Source: Eledone cirrhosa
Lineage: Eukaryota
Length of the DNA stretch: 64,000 nucleotides
Assembly: GCA_964016885.1 (NCBI GenBank)
Contig: OZ024740.1
Coordinates: forward strand, 128,650,001 to 128,714,000
Reading direction: 5' to 3'
Shown: in pieces, positions 28,599 through 40,861 of the stretch
Position numbering within the stretch: position 1 is the stretch's first letter
How the letters are laid out: each line of letters opens with the position of its first letter
The notes under the pieces: model-generated
Databases searched by the model: none
Seen by the model: the letters and a program-made list of their open reading frames with translations, nothing else
What the model was told of the DNA's origin: nothing
Translations under genes and position numbers: made by a program

Positions 28599-28679
28599 AT
28601 GATTATTCTTATTCTTGGGCTATCTTATATAGGAGGGTCTATCTACAAGTTTCATGGGGGGGGGGGGGGGGCATATTTC

Positions 28680-29110
28680 TAAAACACGCCTTCCAGTCGG
28701 TCCTGTGACAGCATACTATTGATGCGGCTGGCTCCTCAGTCTAGATAAACCGCGTTCAGGGATGTTATCCATCGATCTTGTCGGTTCTACACCTTGGTTT
28801 CCTGCCGGTTGGCTTTTGCACGATTGTTCCCTAAGATCTTCTAACGATATACCTGCAGTATCGGAGCTGAACTAAAATGGCTCTACTTGGAGCGACTCTA
28901 TGATCTTCGAGCTACACGCTCTATCGAATAACATTAAGCCACACTCTTCGCAGGTACCCAAATTTGACCACTTTTATTCACGATTGTTTTTCATCGTTCA
29001 TTACTCAAGATTCATGTTTGGATAACGAGTTTCATATTGACACCTGCTTCCCTTTTTCTAATTAAAGAATTGTGAAGATGGTGCATTACTGAACCAGCTA
29101 CTGCATTCCT
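28680..29110 (-). mobile_element. Heavily decayed RTE LINE 3' fragment
   Basis: Broken minus-strand frames resemble the RTE C-terminus (GYLRR, QLRY, PTGRKPR, DRTDWK-like end). A poly-G run is adjacent at about 28656-28671. Confidence 0.45.
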
Positions 29111-29397
29111 GCATTTAATTCAACCTCTTGCCTTCCACCAGACGGATTCAATGGAAATCCACCAACAAATCACTAAGTGGTGGGGGTCTCGCAATTGTGG
29201 GCGGTGAATTGTCATTATCTTTCTGGAGTAAACTGTTCCCATTGTATATATGCTAGCGGCCTCCCGATATTGGACACGGTCTGTACTATACTTAAATCTA
29301 TTTATAAGACACCTATTATCATCTGTCGTAATATCCATTTTCCTTAGAATAAGATATATTAAGAGATATATAAATATTACAAAATGATGAAGTAACA

Positions 29398-29764
29398 AAT
29401 CTCCGATACTATGGGCATGAGGTTAGAATGTCTCAGAAAAGAATCGCTGTACAGATTTTACTGGCACAGCCAACTGAAAGAAGACCCAAAGTTAGACCCG
29501 CAGCAAGATGGTTCGCTAACATCTATGAGTTTGGCTGGTCTCGCTTGAGGATCCAGCCGGATCAGTTGGAGACGGTTGCTTCCGACAGGACCCACTGGAA
29601 GGAGTGGTTGAGGTATCTTCCCCCACGACCCACTCAGGAAGAAGAAGAAGAAGAAGAAGAAGAAGAAGAAGAAGAAGAAGAAGAAGAAAAAGAAGAAGAA
29701 GAAGAAGAAGAAGAAGAAGAAGAAGAAGAAGAAGAAGAAGAAGAAGAAGAAGAAGAAGAAGAAG

Positions 29765-29793
<29 letters not shown>
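29398..29793 (+). mobile_element. RTE LINE 3' end with (GAA)n tail
   Basis: RYYGHEVRMSQKRIAVQILLAQPTERRPKVRPAARW...ASDRTHWKEWLRYLPPRP is a typical RTE ORF end, followed by about 50 GAA repeats. Confidence 0.8.
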
Positions 29794-29795
<2 letters not shown>

Positions 29796-30552
29796 GTGTA
29801 TAAGTGCGTGTGCATTAACAAACGAAGGGCGACTATAAACACGTTCAACATCCTTTTATTCCTCTACGTCAATATGTTATGCACATTTTGAAGCTACAGA
29901 GAGTTCACTATGAAACGATTATTCAATACGCTTTATTTACACAGCTAGTTTGTATATAAATACTAATTAAATTTGTTTTTTATTGATATGCTACTGTGGA
30001 AGATGTGTATTCATCTTCGAAATCAGCTTTTCATGAATTTGAACGACCCATGACTCTCCCAATGTTGGACCCGAAATTACCACACATTTGGTGCTTACTC
30101 GCGTGATGAGCCTCAGCCTATCAAACTGTACTTTATACGTATAGCAATCTGTGCCACTTTTCTTAGATAAAACTGTGATAACTTTACACCACTAAGTGGA
30201 TATCCAGTAGCAGGATGGTTTAGCTACATATATCTCCATTTCTCTTACATTTTTAAAATAATGAAACATATGAAACCGGTAAAGTTATAAGTCCTAGTAA
30301 ATAATCATGATTAAATCTCCAATTGCATTTCAGCAACATTTTCCTTTATAGATGTATATATGCATATGCAAAAGGTAAACAGAAATATCAAAGTAAATGA
30401 CAGTGGAATAAAGAAAAACATTAGTTTTACCTTTGATATTGTAGGAAAAGTGTCTTAACGTTTAAGACGTTAGTCATTCATCAAAAAATAAAATAAGAAA
30501 TTTAAGTAACAGAACGATGGATGTGACTAATATATATATATATATATATATA

Positions 30553-30751
30553 TAGAAGAGGTTACACAACAGTTAGTTCACCATACCGAGAACAATTGTT
30601 TCACCTTAGCGGATCCCGAGTTGAGGATCCGCTAAGGTAACACAATCGTTCTCGGTATGGTGAACAAACTGTTGTGTAACCCCTTCTACCTAACTCGTCG
30701 CACGGACTGAGTGCTCTACCACTACGGATATTACCTTCCAGTGTTCCCCCA

Positions 30752-30753
<2 letters not shown>
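30553..30753 (+). mobile_element. Foldback mini-element in (TA)n
   Basis: Arms of about 64 bp (30553-30616 and 30625-30688), an 8-nt loop and a 65-nt tail with TGAGTGCT at 30708. Confidence 0.85.
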
Positions 30754-30810
<57 letters not shown>

Positions 30811-30811
<1 letters not shown>

Positions 30812-30971
30812 GTAATAATAATAAATTTGAAGACTAAAATCCGAAGAAGGCTCGATAAGGATAAATATATATCAAATATATAAGAACCGTAGAGCAAATA
30901 TTTATTAAAATAACAGATTAAAGTTTAAGCAAAGAATCGCTGCTTTCACCCTTAACGGGATCTTCTGAAAC
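30811..30971 (-). mobile_element. Solo pLTR of the PLE family at 9215-12603
   Basis: Near-identical reverse complement of 9260-9420, embedded in (TA)n. Confidence 0.92.
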
Positions 30972-30996
30972 ACTTATATACGTATATATGCATATG

Positions 30997-31034
<38 letters not shown>

Positions 31035-31037
<3 letters not shown>

Positions 31038-31853
31038 GATATTAAACAAATGGAAACTATATTTATAAAACCATATTTATTTCGTTATATATATTTCTGG
31101 GATATCATATTAAAAATATGGTATGCCTTCCTCAGACAAAATACAATATATAAGCTGTTTTATAAATAATTTTGACATACCTTAGAGTAATGCAACTTCC
31201 ATTTAAAAAGTTGATTTGGTAGTGAAACTGTTAGGACAGTTATATAGAAAGAAAGATGAAGAAAAACGAAGATGAAAAGAAGAAGATGAAGAGATGTATG
31301 TAAATAAAAAAGAAGAAGATGAAGAGATGTATGTAAAGAAAACGAACAGAGCGAGATAGAGAGAGAGGGAGATATGGGAGAGAGAAATACATTGAGGAAG
31401 TGAAAAAATAGTAGGCAGCTTGGGGACAGATGATCATCGTATATGTGAGAGGTTAAGGAGGGAAGGGATACATACATCTCTTCATCTTCTTTTTTATTTA
31501 CATACGTCTCTTCATCTTCTTCTTTTCATCTTCGTTTTTCTTCGTCTTTCTTTCTGTATAACTGTCCTAACAGTTTCACTACCAAATCAACATTTTAAAT
31601 GGAAGTTGCATTACTCTAAGGTATGTCAAAATTATTTATAAAACAGCTTATATATTGTATTTTGTCTGAGGAAGGCATACCATATTTTTAATATGATATC
31701 CCAGAAATATATATAACGAAATAAATATGGTTTTATAAATATAGTTTCCATTTGTTTAATATCGTAAACCTACTTCAAAACTGTTGAGTGCTTTTATATC
31801 AGTTATAAAATATTTACTCGTTGTAACCCAACAATTTTAAATAAAACTTTTGC
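31035..31853 (+). mobile_element. Large foldback element with hammerhead, in (TA)n
   Basis: Arms of about 300 bp (31035-31335 and 31469-31766), a 133-bp purine-rich spacer and a tail with TGAGTGCT at 31785. Confidence 0.88.
31658..31723 (+). ncRNA. Type I hammerhead ribozyme (CTGAGGA core, palindromic stem III)
   Basis: Stem I TATTTTGT/ACGAAATA, CTGAGGA, stem II containing CATAT-TTTTA-ATATG, GAAA-TATAT-ATA. An antisense copy lies in the left arm. Confidence 0.7.
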
Positions 31854-31878
31854 ATATATATATATATATATATATGAG

Positions 31879-31964
<86 letters not shown>

Positions 31965-32086
31965 AATATATATATGTATGTATGTATGCATGTATGTATA
32001 TATATATTTATATATGTATATGTGTGTATGTATATATATATGTATATATGTGTATATATATCTATATATATTTATACATGTACATT

Positions 32087-32197
<111 letters not shown>

Positions 32198-32520
32198 TGG
32201 TTGGTAAGTATGAGTCTGAGTCTTCGGACATGCGTGTGTAATATCTGCATGTATTTTGATTGATCAGACAGCCAGTGTTTTACTTATCAGAGACGCTGTG
32301 ATTAAGATGAAGAAAGATATTCGGCGTCTAGCAGAAATCATTGAATTGAGAATAGCACCATATTCTGAATTCTCATCTAGCTAGCATCCTAACAAATATT
32401 TACTTGAACACAAACACATAGTTATCTGTATATAAAACTTTAATATTGCTTGGTTTTGACTCTTATTGGCATGGCTCATGTCTAGCACATTATTACCTAT
32501 ATATATATATATGTATATAT

Positions 32521-32720
32521 TGTTTAATATAGAAGTGGCTTCTACAGGACTAGAAATGTTTCATTCAAAGGAAATCTTCTGCCTTTCCTGATGATTTCCT
32601 TTAAATGAAACAGTTCAAATCCTTTAGAAGCCAATTCTATATTAAACATTATATAATCTACTACGTATTGAGTACCTTACTTACTGTTGTTACCTACAAT
32701 AGAACGCGGGATATCCTCAC
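32521..32720 (+). mobile_element. Diverged foldback mini-element with CTGATGA...GAAAC core
   Basis: Arms of about 59 bp (32521-32579 and 32590-32648) and a tail with TGAGTACC at 32669. A related sequence GGCTTCTACAGGAC..TTTCATTC occurs at about 56516. Confidence 0.75.
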
Positions 32721-32915
32721 TATATATATATATATATATATTTATGTATATATATATATACATACACAGAACCACATATGTGTGTGCGTGTATGTGCACC
32801 CGCGTGTGTGTGCATGTGTGGATTAGAATATAATTTACAATTAGAAACACACTGACCGTAGCATTCATGCATTTGGTCTTGATATCACGTACACGAACGT
32901 GCGAGCGAAATATGC

Positions 32916-32995
<80 letters not shown>

Positions 32996-33353
32996 AGTGT
33001 GTGTGTGTATGTGTGCACGTGTGTGTGCGTGTGTGTGTTTGTCTGTGCGTACGTGTCTGCGTGTGTGTGCGTACATTTACCCTAAGACATATTCTCAAGT
33101 TACATACATATTTGGAGTCTTGATCATTTATCATATTTTATGTTAGTTTTGAATCTAACAAATATGGAAGAAATGCAAAGCGACTTTACTAGGAGATTAA
33201 TGCCATACTAATACCAGATATGATCAGCAGGATTACAGTTTTCTTTTCTTTTCCTTTTTCCTTCCCACAGCAGGTAGCTGAAATTGAGATAGATTACTAT
33301 TTGAGTTAGTTGTGATTTATCTGTTTGCTTGTATATGAGACATACGCATGATC

Positions 33354-33384
<31 letters not shown>

Positions 33385-33414
33385 CTTCTTCTTCTTCTTC
33401 TTCTTCTTCTTCTT

Positions 33415-33510
<96 letters not shown>

Positions 33511-33519
33511 GTTGTTGTT

Positions 33520-36500
33520 GTTCTTTGAGTTTCCGTCATTGATGTTAGTTAACTCGAAAGTTTGTTAAAATGAATATCAAGCCACTACCTGCAGCCTCAG
33601 ATATTCAGGACGTATCGGAGGGTTCTTGCTGTTCCCAGCAAGCATGCCTTTTGAAGCGTTCCAAAAAGCGTGGCGGGGCCAATTTTCTTTAACCATCCCT
33701 GGAAACATTTTAAAATAGTACCTAGTGCGCCTATGACAATCGGGACCACTTTGACTTCATGGCAGTTCCAAATCCTTTTTACCCCCCACTTTAAGTCCTG
33801 GTATCGGTTAATTTTCTCCCTCTCCTTCTCTTGCACTCTCGTGTCGAATGGGCAGGCCACATCCACAATCAGGCACGATCATTTTCCTTGTCCAAAGCCA
33901 CCAGCTCAGGTCTATTGTGTTCCAGTTTCTTGTCCGTCTGTATCCTAAAATCCCACAGCACCTTCACCTGATCGTTTTCTATCACCGACTCTGGCTTATG
34001 CTCATACCACTTCTCAGAATGTGGTAAATTATTTACTGTGCATAGGTGCCAATGGATCACCCTGCCCATCACATCATGTCTCCAGCCTTTATAGTGAGTC
34101 TGGGCTAGGTGTTTACACTCGGATACAATGAGAGCCACAGTCTCCTCTCTCTCTCCACAGATCCTGCACAGTGGGCTAGCCTCCTTTTTGAAAATATGGT
34201 GTTTCAACCACTTCGTTTTGAGGGCCTGCTCCTGCGCAGCCATTAACATTCCTTCTGTAGCCTTTTAAGGTCTCCTCTTTTCAACCAGTTCCATGTCTGT
34301 GGATCCCTGAATTCAGTTTTCTTAAAGAAGGTACAATGAAGGGATTTTTCATGAAGGCTGCTCTTTCTCCTTGTTGTTATTTTCTCCTTGGATATCCCCT
34401 GGTCTATTGTCCTCTCCTTCAGTACAATTCTGAGCATTGGCTCCTTACTATCAGTCACGTATTTGTGTAGGTTGTTTTTCTCCATCTCAACACAATCCTC
34501 TATGCTGATAAGACCTCTTCCAACTTCAGATCTCCTTAAGTAGAGTCTATCGACATCACTCCTCTTGTGGAACATGTAGATAGTCAATATCTTCCTAGTC
34601 TTCCTATCCTTTTCTTTTTGTTCAGCAACATTCCATCTCAGAATTCCCGCACAGTACCTAATAATAAACACAGCTCGGGAATTTACTGCATTTATGGCAT
34701 TCCTACTGTTCAGATGTGACTTTAATACGCTCCTTATTCTCCGATTGTATTCAGATCTTATCAATTCCTTCATTTTTTTGTTCTTGATGTCATCAGCCTC
34801 CAGAACACCCAAATACTTGTATCCTTCTTCAGTGTCAATTTCATTTATCATCTCACCTGTTGGTACCTGGATTCCGTTACTTCTGCTCAATTTACTCCTC
34901 TTCATCACAAGAATTCCACACTTACTAATACCAAATTGCATACATATATCATTGCTGAAAATACGGACAGTGTCAACAAGCACATCCAACTCTTTCTCAC
35001 TCTTACCGAAGAGTTTAAGATCGTCCATGAAGAGGAGGTGATTGATGGTAAGCTCTCTGATTGATGGACAGACATTTGATAGGTCTATAGTTGGGAACAT
35101 CATTACCCTTGATTCGGTCTTTCATTACCAGAAGTGTGGTACCTTTTGTCAACCACTCTGGTACCTCACCTGACATCAAGCAGTCATTGAACATGGTTGT
35201 CAGTTTCGGGTGGAGGGATGTTATATTTTTAATCCAATACCTCTGCACACAATCTGGGCCTGGTTATTTCCAGTTGGTTAGTTTTTTGGCCTGCCCCTTA
35301 AGAGTTTCAACTGTGATACTCAAATCAGTTTGTTGGTGTGCCTGTTCACTAATCTCCTTGTGTACAGTCTCAATCCACACTGCCTGGTCATTATGTTTAA
35401 CATCCTGCTCCCATATTCCTCTCCAGAATGTCTTAGTTTGTTCTGCCTCAGGGATCAAGTCGTTGCCTCTTTCTTTCCCTTCAAGCTGCCCAAACAACAT
35501 CTTCTGGTTGTTGTCAAACATGCGTTTCTGTCTATACTGACTGACTCTGCTCTCGTATCGCCTAACTTTTGCACTCTTTGCTACAATGCGTTGCTTCAGT
35601 TCCTCTTATGATAATATTTAGCTTTCTCCTCCTTGTTTTGTACTTTATTTCCAGTCTATTTTTAGTGTCTATGTTTTTTAGTGTCCCATTCAGTAGGGAC
35701 TCAATCTTTCCAATGCCATTTCTCATTTCCCTGATTTGACCACTCAGTCGTTTCTTCCACCAACGCTCCGATCTTTCTTGTTTGTTGTTTCCTCTCGCTT
35801 TTATACCAAGTAATTTCCTCACCGCATTTGCTGTTGCTTTGAGGATATTATTGCACTGGTGAAAGCTCCTCGCCTCACGGTATGGGATGACTTTGTTTAC
35901 CTTAGCTGTTGTTTATTTTAACTTTTTCCTGACTACACATCTTAGGTTCATAGGTTTCCCCACTATCATTGTTCAATTCCTCTACCACTAAGTTTAGGAT
36001 ATCAACCAAATCTTGTCCTAGCCCGTCAGCATTCATCTCCTCAATGGCCGTATCTTTGTTCCAGGTATTATTTATTTCAGCATTCAGATCATTGTCGGCT
36101 TCGGATGGTTCCTCCGTTCTCTCAACCTCTTCACCTTCATTTCCCACTGACTCGTTTGCCTGGCATACTCCATCTCCATTTCCAACCTATTCTCTCTGCT
36201 CAGTTCCTCCAGTTCCAGCTCGCTTATCCACCCATTAGTTCTTATTACCCGAGCCTGCCCGGCCAATTTTTGTTCATCTAATTTAAATAGACCAATCTCG
36301 TTCCAGATGTTATGCATCCGTTTCCTATAGCCTTTCTTTTTGGGATTACTCTTCAGATAACATTGCATAACAGTTCTATTCATTTCTTTCGTCCAGTTGG
36401 TTCTGGTCCCTTTCCTTCTTCTTCTTCCTCCGACACCAGCAGTATTTGGTTGACAGCCAGGTCCCTGCTGCTGAGCCAGGGAGCACCTGCTGTTGAAAGT

Positions 36501-36682
36501 CTGTCACATGACATTCCAGTCTCCACTTCACCGTTATTCGAACTGTTTAGGTTCGACATTTAAACACTCTTATCGAGGATTGGTGAATGTATGGTTACAT
36601 AACCACCGCTGATTTCATCACCTCCGGTGATTTCATCACTCCCAGTGACTTTTGTGTGGCACTATCACGCTGTAGACGAACA
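33520..36682 (-). mobile_element. R4/Dong-clade non-LTR retrotransposon (RT plus restriction-like endonuclease), decayed and internally deleted
   Basis: Fragments give CYLKSNP..GYRKRM..W, NYRPI, HLLFMDDLKL, YKYLG, CRICGEREETV..IVSEC, RHD, LWDFRIQTD..HNRP, DVACP, EKINRYQDL and VVPIVIGALG. The 3' end abuts (TAA)n, the known Dong-type target. The 5' limit is approximate. Confidence 0.88.
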
Positions 36683-37500
36683 TAAATAAACAAACAAATA
36701 AATAGGTAAACAAATAAATAAAAAAGAATAAGCATAAGTTTCATTGTAATGTAATGTTTGAATGTCTGACTTAGTTTTTCCCTTCCCTTCTGTGTCTGTC
36801 TGTTTGTTTTTCTTTTCATTTTTCTTTTCTCTACGCTTTTCGTTGTTGCTGTGCTGCTTTGATTTTGATTTTTGTTTTTTTGATTTTTTGACCGGGTCAT
36901 CAAATCAGTCTATTTATATATTTTGATGCCTTCCTCTTTTAGTGGGGACACTACGATCCATGTCTTAGGTAGTGGGAGAGAATAGCGGCGGTAGTGATAA
37001 TGAGGCAGTGGTGGTGGTGTTGGTGGTGCTGTGCTAGTTGTACCTAGCAGGAGGCAGTGGGAAAGAATAGCGTCGGTAGCGATAATGAGGCAGTGGTGAT
37101 GGTGATGTGATCGTAGTACTGTAGTGATGGTGTTGAAGTTGAAGTAAAAATAGAAGTTGAGGTAACTTGACTAGAGTTTTTAGCGTTGTAGTGGTGGTGG
37201 TGTAGGTGGTGAAATTATTTTTCTCTCTGCCCACTTAGCCATTTAGCTATTTAGCTATTTAGCCATTTTGCCATTTTCCTCTTTTTCGACTATAACATTT
37301 CTGATCTCAAATTAAATATTAAATATTGGGGCGCGATGCCGTAAAGTGATGCGTTATGGCTTGATGAACGTGAAAACTGTAATCTTATTGTTCATTTGTA
37401 ATAATAATTATTCTATCACAGTTGTTTTAAAGAAGTAAAATCAAAAACTTACGCGAGCGATTACATAACGATCTATATCCACTATGTGCGTTTTCTTCCC

Positions 37501-37603
<103 letters not shown>

Positions 37604-37604
37604 G

Positions 37605-37920
37605 TTACTGTTCTTTGAGTCTCAGTCATTGATGTTAGTTAACTGGAAAGTTTGTTGAAACGAATATCAAGCCACTACCTGCAGCCTCAGATATTCAGGA
37701 CGTATCGGCGGGTTCTTGCTGTTCCCAGCAAGCATGCCTTTTGAAGCGTTCCAAAAAGCGTGAAGGGGCCAATTTTCTTTAACCATCCCTGGAAACTTTT
37801 TGAGATAGTCCCTAGTGCGCCTATGACAATCGGGATCACTTTGACTTCATGGCAGTTCCAAATCCTTTTTACCTCCCACTTTAAGTCCTGGTATCGGTTA
37901 ATTTTCTCCCTCTCCTGCTC

Positions 37921-37922
<2 letters not shown>
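37605..37922 (-). mobile_element. 5'-truncated second copy of the R4/Dong element
   Basis: Closely similar to 33520-33830, with (TTA)n on both sides. Confidence 0.92.
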
Positions 37923-37998
<76 letters not shown>

Positions 37999-38001
37999 GA
38001 T

Positions 38002-38400
38002 CTCCCAGTTTTCCACCTTTAATTTACAGACACATACTCAGAGTAGGCCCATCCACTCGGGCCATTCTTGCCTCTCTCACCCATCTTTCAACAAAATGCA
38101 GGGAAAGGCAGGCAGTTTTTATCTGTCTGGTGGCCATGGCGAAAGAGATAGTATGGTGGACACGTTTGAAAGGGCCGAAGACGAGCACTTACCTCTTCGG
38201 TGATGCCCTGATAAACTTTTTTCAAATTTCATTTGAAAAGGAAAATCAGGGTAGAGAGGGAAGTGCACTCTTCCCAGCATTTTATGAAAGATGGGTGAGA
38301 GAGGCAAGAATGGCTCGATTGAATGGGCCTACTCTGAGTATTGTCCTGTACTGTCCTTAATGTCTACTTTTTGTAAACTCTTGTGGTTAATAAAGAAAGC
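38002..38400 (+). mobile_element. Rearranged 3' fragment of the Tx1 element (inverted block plus sense block with deletion)
   Basis: 38002-38099 is the reverse complement of about 44206-44303. 38101-38340 matches about 44030-44270, and 38341-38400 matches about 44484-44543. Confidence 0.9.
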
Positions 38401-38415
38401 ATTATTATTATTATA

Positions 38416-38472
38416 AAATAAAGTACCAGTAATACACTGGGTAATTGCTGCCTTGTGCCAGCAGTAGAAACA

Positions 38473-38475
<3 letters not shown>
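38416..38475 (+). mobile_element. SINE 3' tail fragment
   Basis: ATAAAATAAAGTACCAGTAATACACTGGGTAATTGCTGCCTTGTGCCAGCAGTAGAAACAATTATT runs into (TTA)n. Confidence 0.85.
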
Positions 38476-38514
<39 letters not shown>

Positions 38515-38729
38515 GAATGCCATGGTTGACGGAGGCTCGGCTCTGTAAGGTATAGTAATTTTTAACCGTTAAAACAATTGTAAATTGTTTAAAACTTGAA
38601 CCAAATTGTTGATAAAGACACCCTCCTCCTCGTGAGAGGGGTCTTTCTGTCCGTTATTTGGCCCTTCGGGGTTAAATAACCAGTTATTGGGGTTTTGTAC
38701 CCAAAATTTCATTTTAAACAAAAAACAAC

Positions 38730-40826
38730 ATGGCTACGAAAAAGAAATTTCATACGTCACTCCCACTCATTCTGTCTTCTTCTTCCTCAATCATCACTAC
38801 AGCAGAGAGAAGATTGTCTCTCTCTCTCCCTTCTTTAAATGTGTCTCTCCCCCTCCCTTCTCTTTCGCAAGTGACGAAAGAAAAGAAACGTCTCGTGCAA
38901 AGCGTGCAAGGTTTCTCCACGACGACGACGACAGCGACGAAACAGGTGTGCGGGAAATACGAAAACCCAGTTCATTCGTCTGACGTCAGGAATAATAGCA
39001 GTAGCAGCCGTAATAACAACAGCAACAGTGACAATGAAAACAACAGTAGCAGCCGCAACAGCATCACCAGCAGCATAAATAACAACAGCATTAGCAGCAG
39101 CAACACCAACAACAACCACAGCAACAGCGGCGGAGGCAGTAGTCGTAGTACCTGCAGCAACAACAAAAGTACCAGCAGCTCTAACGACAACAACAACAGC
39201 AGAGAAAAACCAATCTCATTTGCAGGTATTGCGAAAAACTTGGAAACAATCCTCATAACAAATGAGGAATTAGAGGAAGCGAAGAAGATGGTGACAAAGA
39301 ACGGACACCGAGCAATCTGCAAGGCAGCGAAAAAATTTTTCGAAACCCAAGAGCACTGTACGGTCACGTACCGTACAGTAAGTACAAAATCCCGTAGGGT
39401 GGAAAGAGCCACAGAGGCCCAAATACAAAAAGCCTTGGGGTCTGTGTGGCAGAGGAAAACGCACATCACCCGAGGCAAAAAATACGCCACCGTAGACGTA
39501 CTTTTTGCCACACCCCAGGAGGCAAAGGCCCAATCAGTAGTGACCCTAAGGAGCGAGGAAATGGTGTTGGTGCCCTCCTACTGCGGGCAAAAAATTGTGA
39601 GGGTCAAACTGACCCACGTCCCCCCCGGAATGACCCCTTCTTGGCTGGCCGCGTCTGTCCTCGTCGGAATCGAGGACAAAACAACTGTACTGCAAGTACA
39701 GAAAAAAGTAAGAGAAGATTGGGTCGGCTCCTCCATTGAGATGCTAATCCAAACCAACCAGGAGTGCATCGAAGCTATCCCGGATGTGATAGACTTCGAT
39801 AACGGCACTCAACTGCCCATAAGTGTTGAGGGCAAACGCCCGAAATGCTTTCGCTGTGGATCGAAGACTCACCTCAGGGCCTTCTGCAACGAGAAGACCC
39901 TGAGAAAGGAGAAAACCCCCCTCCTTCCGAATCCGGCTCCACGGCTACCAGCAACAGGACAAGCGGCAACCAGGAACGATAGGTCCGTGGCACCCATACC
40001 CACTCCACGGAAATCAAAGACAGCAGCAGCAGTGGAAATATTAACAACAACAACAGCAATACCAAATGCAGCTGCAACAGAGACTCCAGTGCAAACATCA
40101 CCAACAACAACAAGTGAAAGAGTGGAGCTGGTACCCCTCCCCGACCTTACAGAATCAGACATGGAGTGTGAGGTGGGAGAGGGATGGCAAAAGGTCGCAA
40201 GAAGGCACAAACGCAGAAGCAGCGCATCGTCGCCTTTGAAAAGGGAGGAAAGAAATGAGAAAAGGGTAAAGTCTACTGCAAAGAGACCCACAGCAGCAAC
40301 ACCACCAACACCATCACCACCCACACCAGCACCACCATCACCACCGGCGACAACCCCACCGCCAACAACACCTTCAACACCACCACCACAAGCACCAACA
40401 TCGCAAACACAACAACAAAACACACACACCCAGCAACAACGACAAGAAAATAGCAGAACCACACCCCACCCCCAGAAAAACAAATGCACGGCAATAAACA
40501 CACACAACAAGAAACTAATGACTTACATAATTGAACACACAGACATTTCACAACAGGACTACATAATACCAGCACCAATCAAAACGCCAACTAACATAAG
40601 ACTGCTAAAAATAGCACAGAAACAATACACAAACATTAAAACGAAATTCCCCAACGCAGTTGGTGATTTCAGGGACCTAGGAGGAACCATTAATCGAAGA
40701 GTATATTCAGACATTCTCTTAGAAGAGCCGACGACCAGCCGAAGGGACGATTCAACGGTCCCTTCACCAGACGATCAAGTGAAAAGGGATGTAAAAACCA
40801 TCCCTCCTCTACCAAAAGTACGGTAA
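38730..40826 (+). CDS. LINE ORF1 protein (gag-like, CCHC zinc knuckle), 698 aa
   Basis: EGKRPKCFRCGSKTHLRAFC zinc knuckle preceded by RRM-like segments, with S/N-rich and P/T-rich low-complexity tracts and a GWQKVARRHKRR motif. Confidence 0.88.
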   Translation: MATKKKFHTSLPLILSSSSSIITTAERRLSLSLPSLNVSLPLPSLSQVTKEKKRLVQSVQGFSTTTTTATKQVCGKYENPVHSSDVRNNSSSSRNNNSNSDNENNSSSRNSITSSINNNSISSSNTNNNHSNSGGGSSRSTCSNNKSTSSSNDNNNSREKPISFAGIAKNLETILITNEELEEAKKMVTKNGHRAICKAAKKFFETQEHCTVTYRTVSTKSRRVERATEAQIQKALGSVWQRKTHITRGKKYATVDVLFATPQEAKAQSVVTLRSEEMVLVPSYCGQKIVRVKLTHVPPGMTPSWLAASVLVGIEDKTTVLQVQKKVREDWVGSSIEMLIQTNQECIEAIPDVIDFDNGTQLPISVEGKRPKCFRCGSKTHLRAFCNEKTLRKEKTPLLPNPAPRLPATGQAATRNDRSVAPIPTPRKSKTAAAVEILTTTTAIPNAAATETPVQTSPTTTSERVELVPLPDLTESDMECEVGEGWQKVARRHKRRSSASSPLKREERNEKRVKSTAKRPTAATPPTPSPPTPAPPSPPATTPPPTTPSTPPPQAPTSQTQQQNTHTQQQRQENSRTTPHPQKNKCTAINTHNKKLMTYIIEHTDISQQDYIIPAPIKTPTNIRLLKIAQKQYTNIKTKFPNAVGDFRDLGGTINRRVYSDILLEEPTTSRRDDSTVPSPDDQVKRDVKTIPPLPKVR

Positions 40827-40861
40827 GTGGTCTTTCCCATCTTTTCCACTCTATTTTAAAC

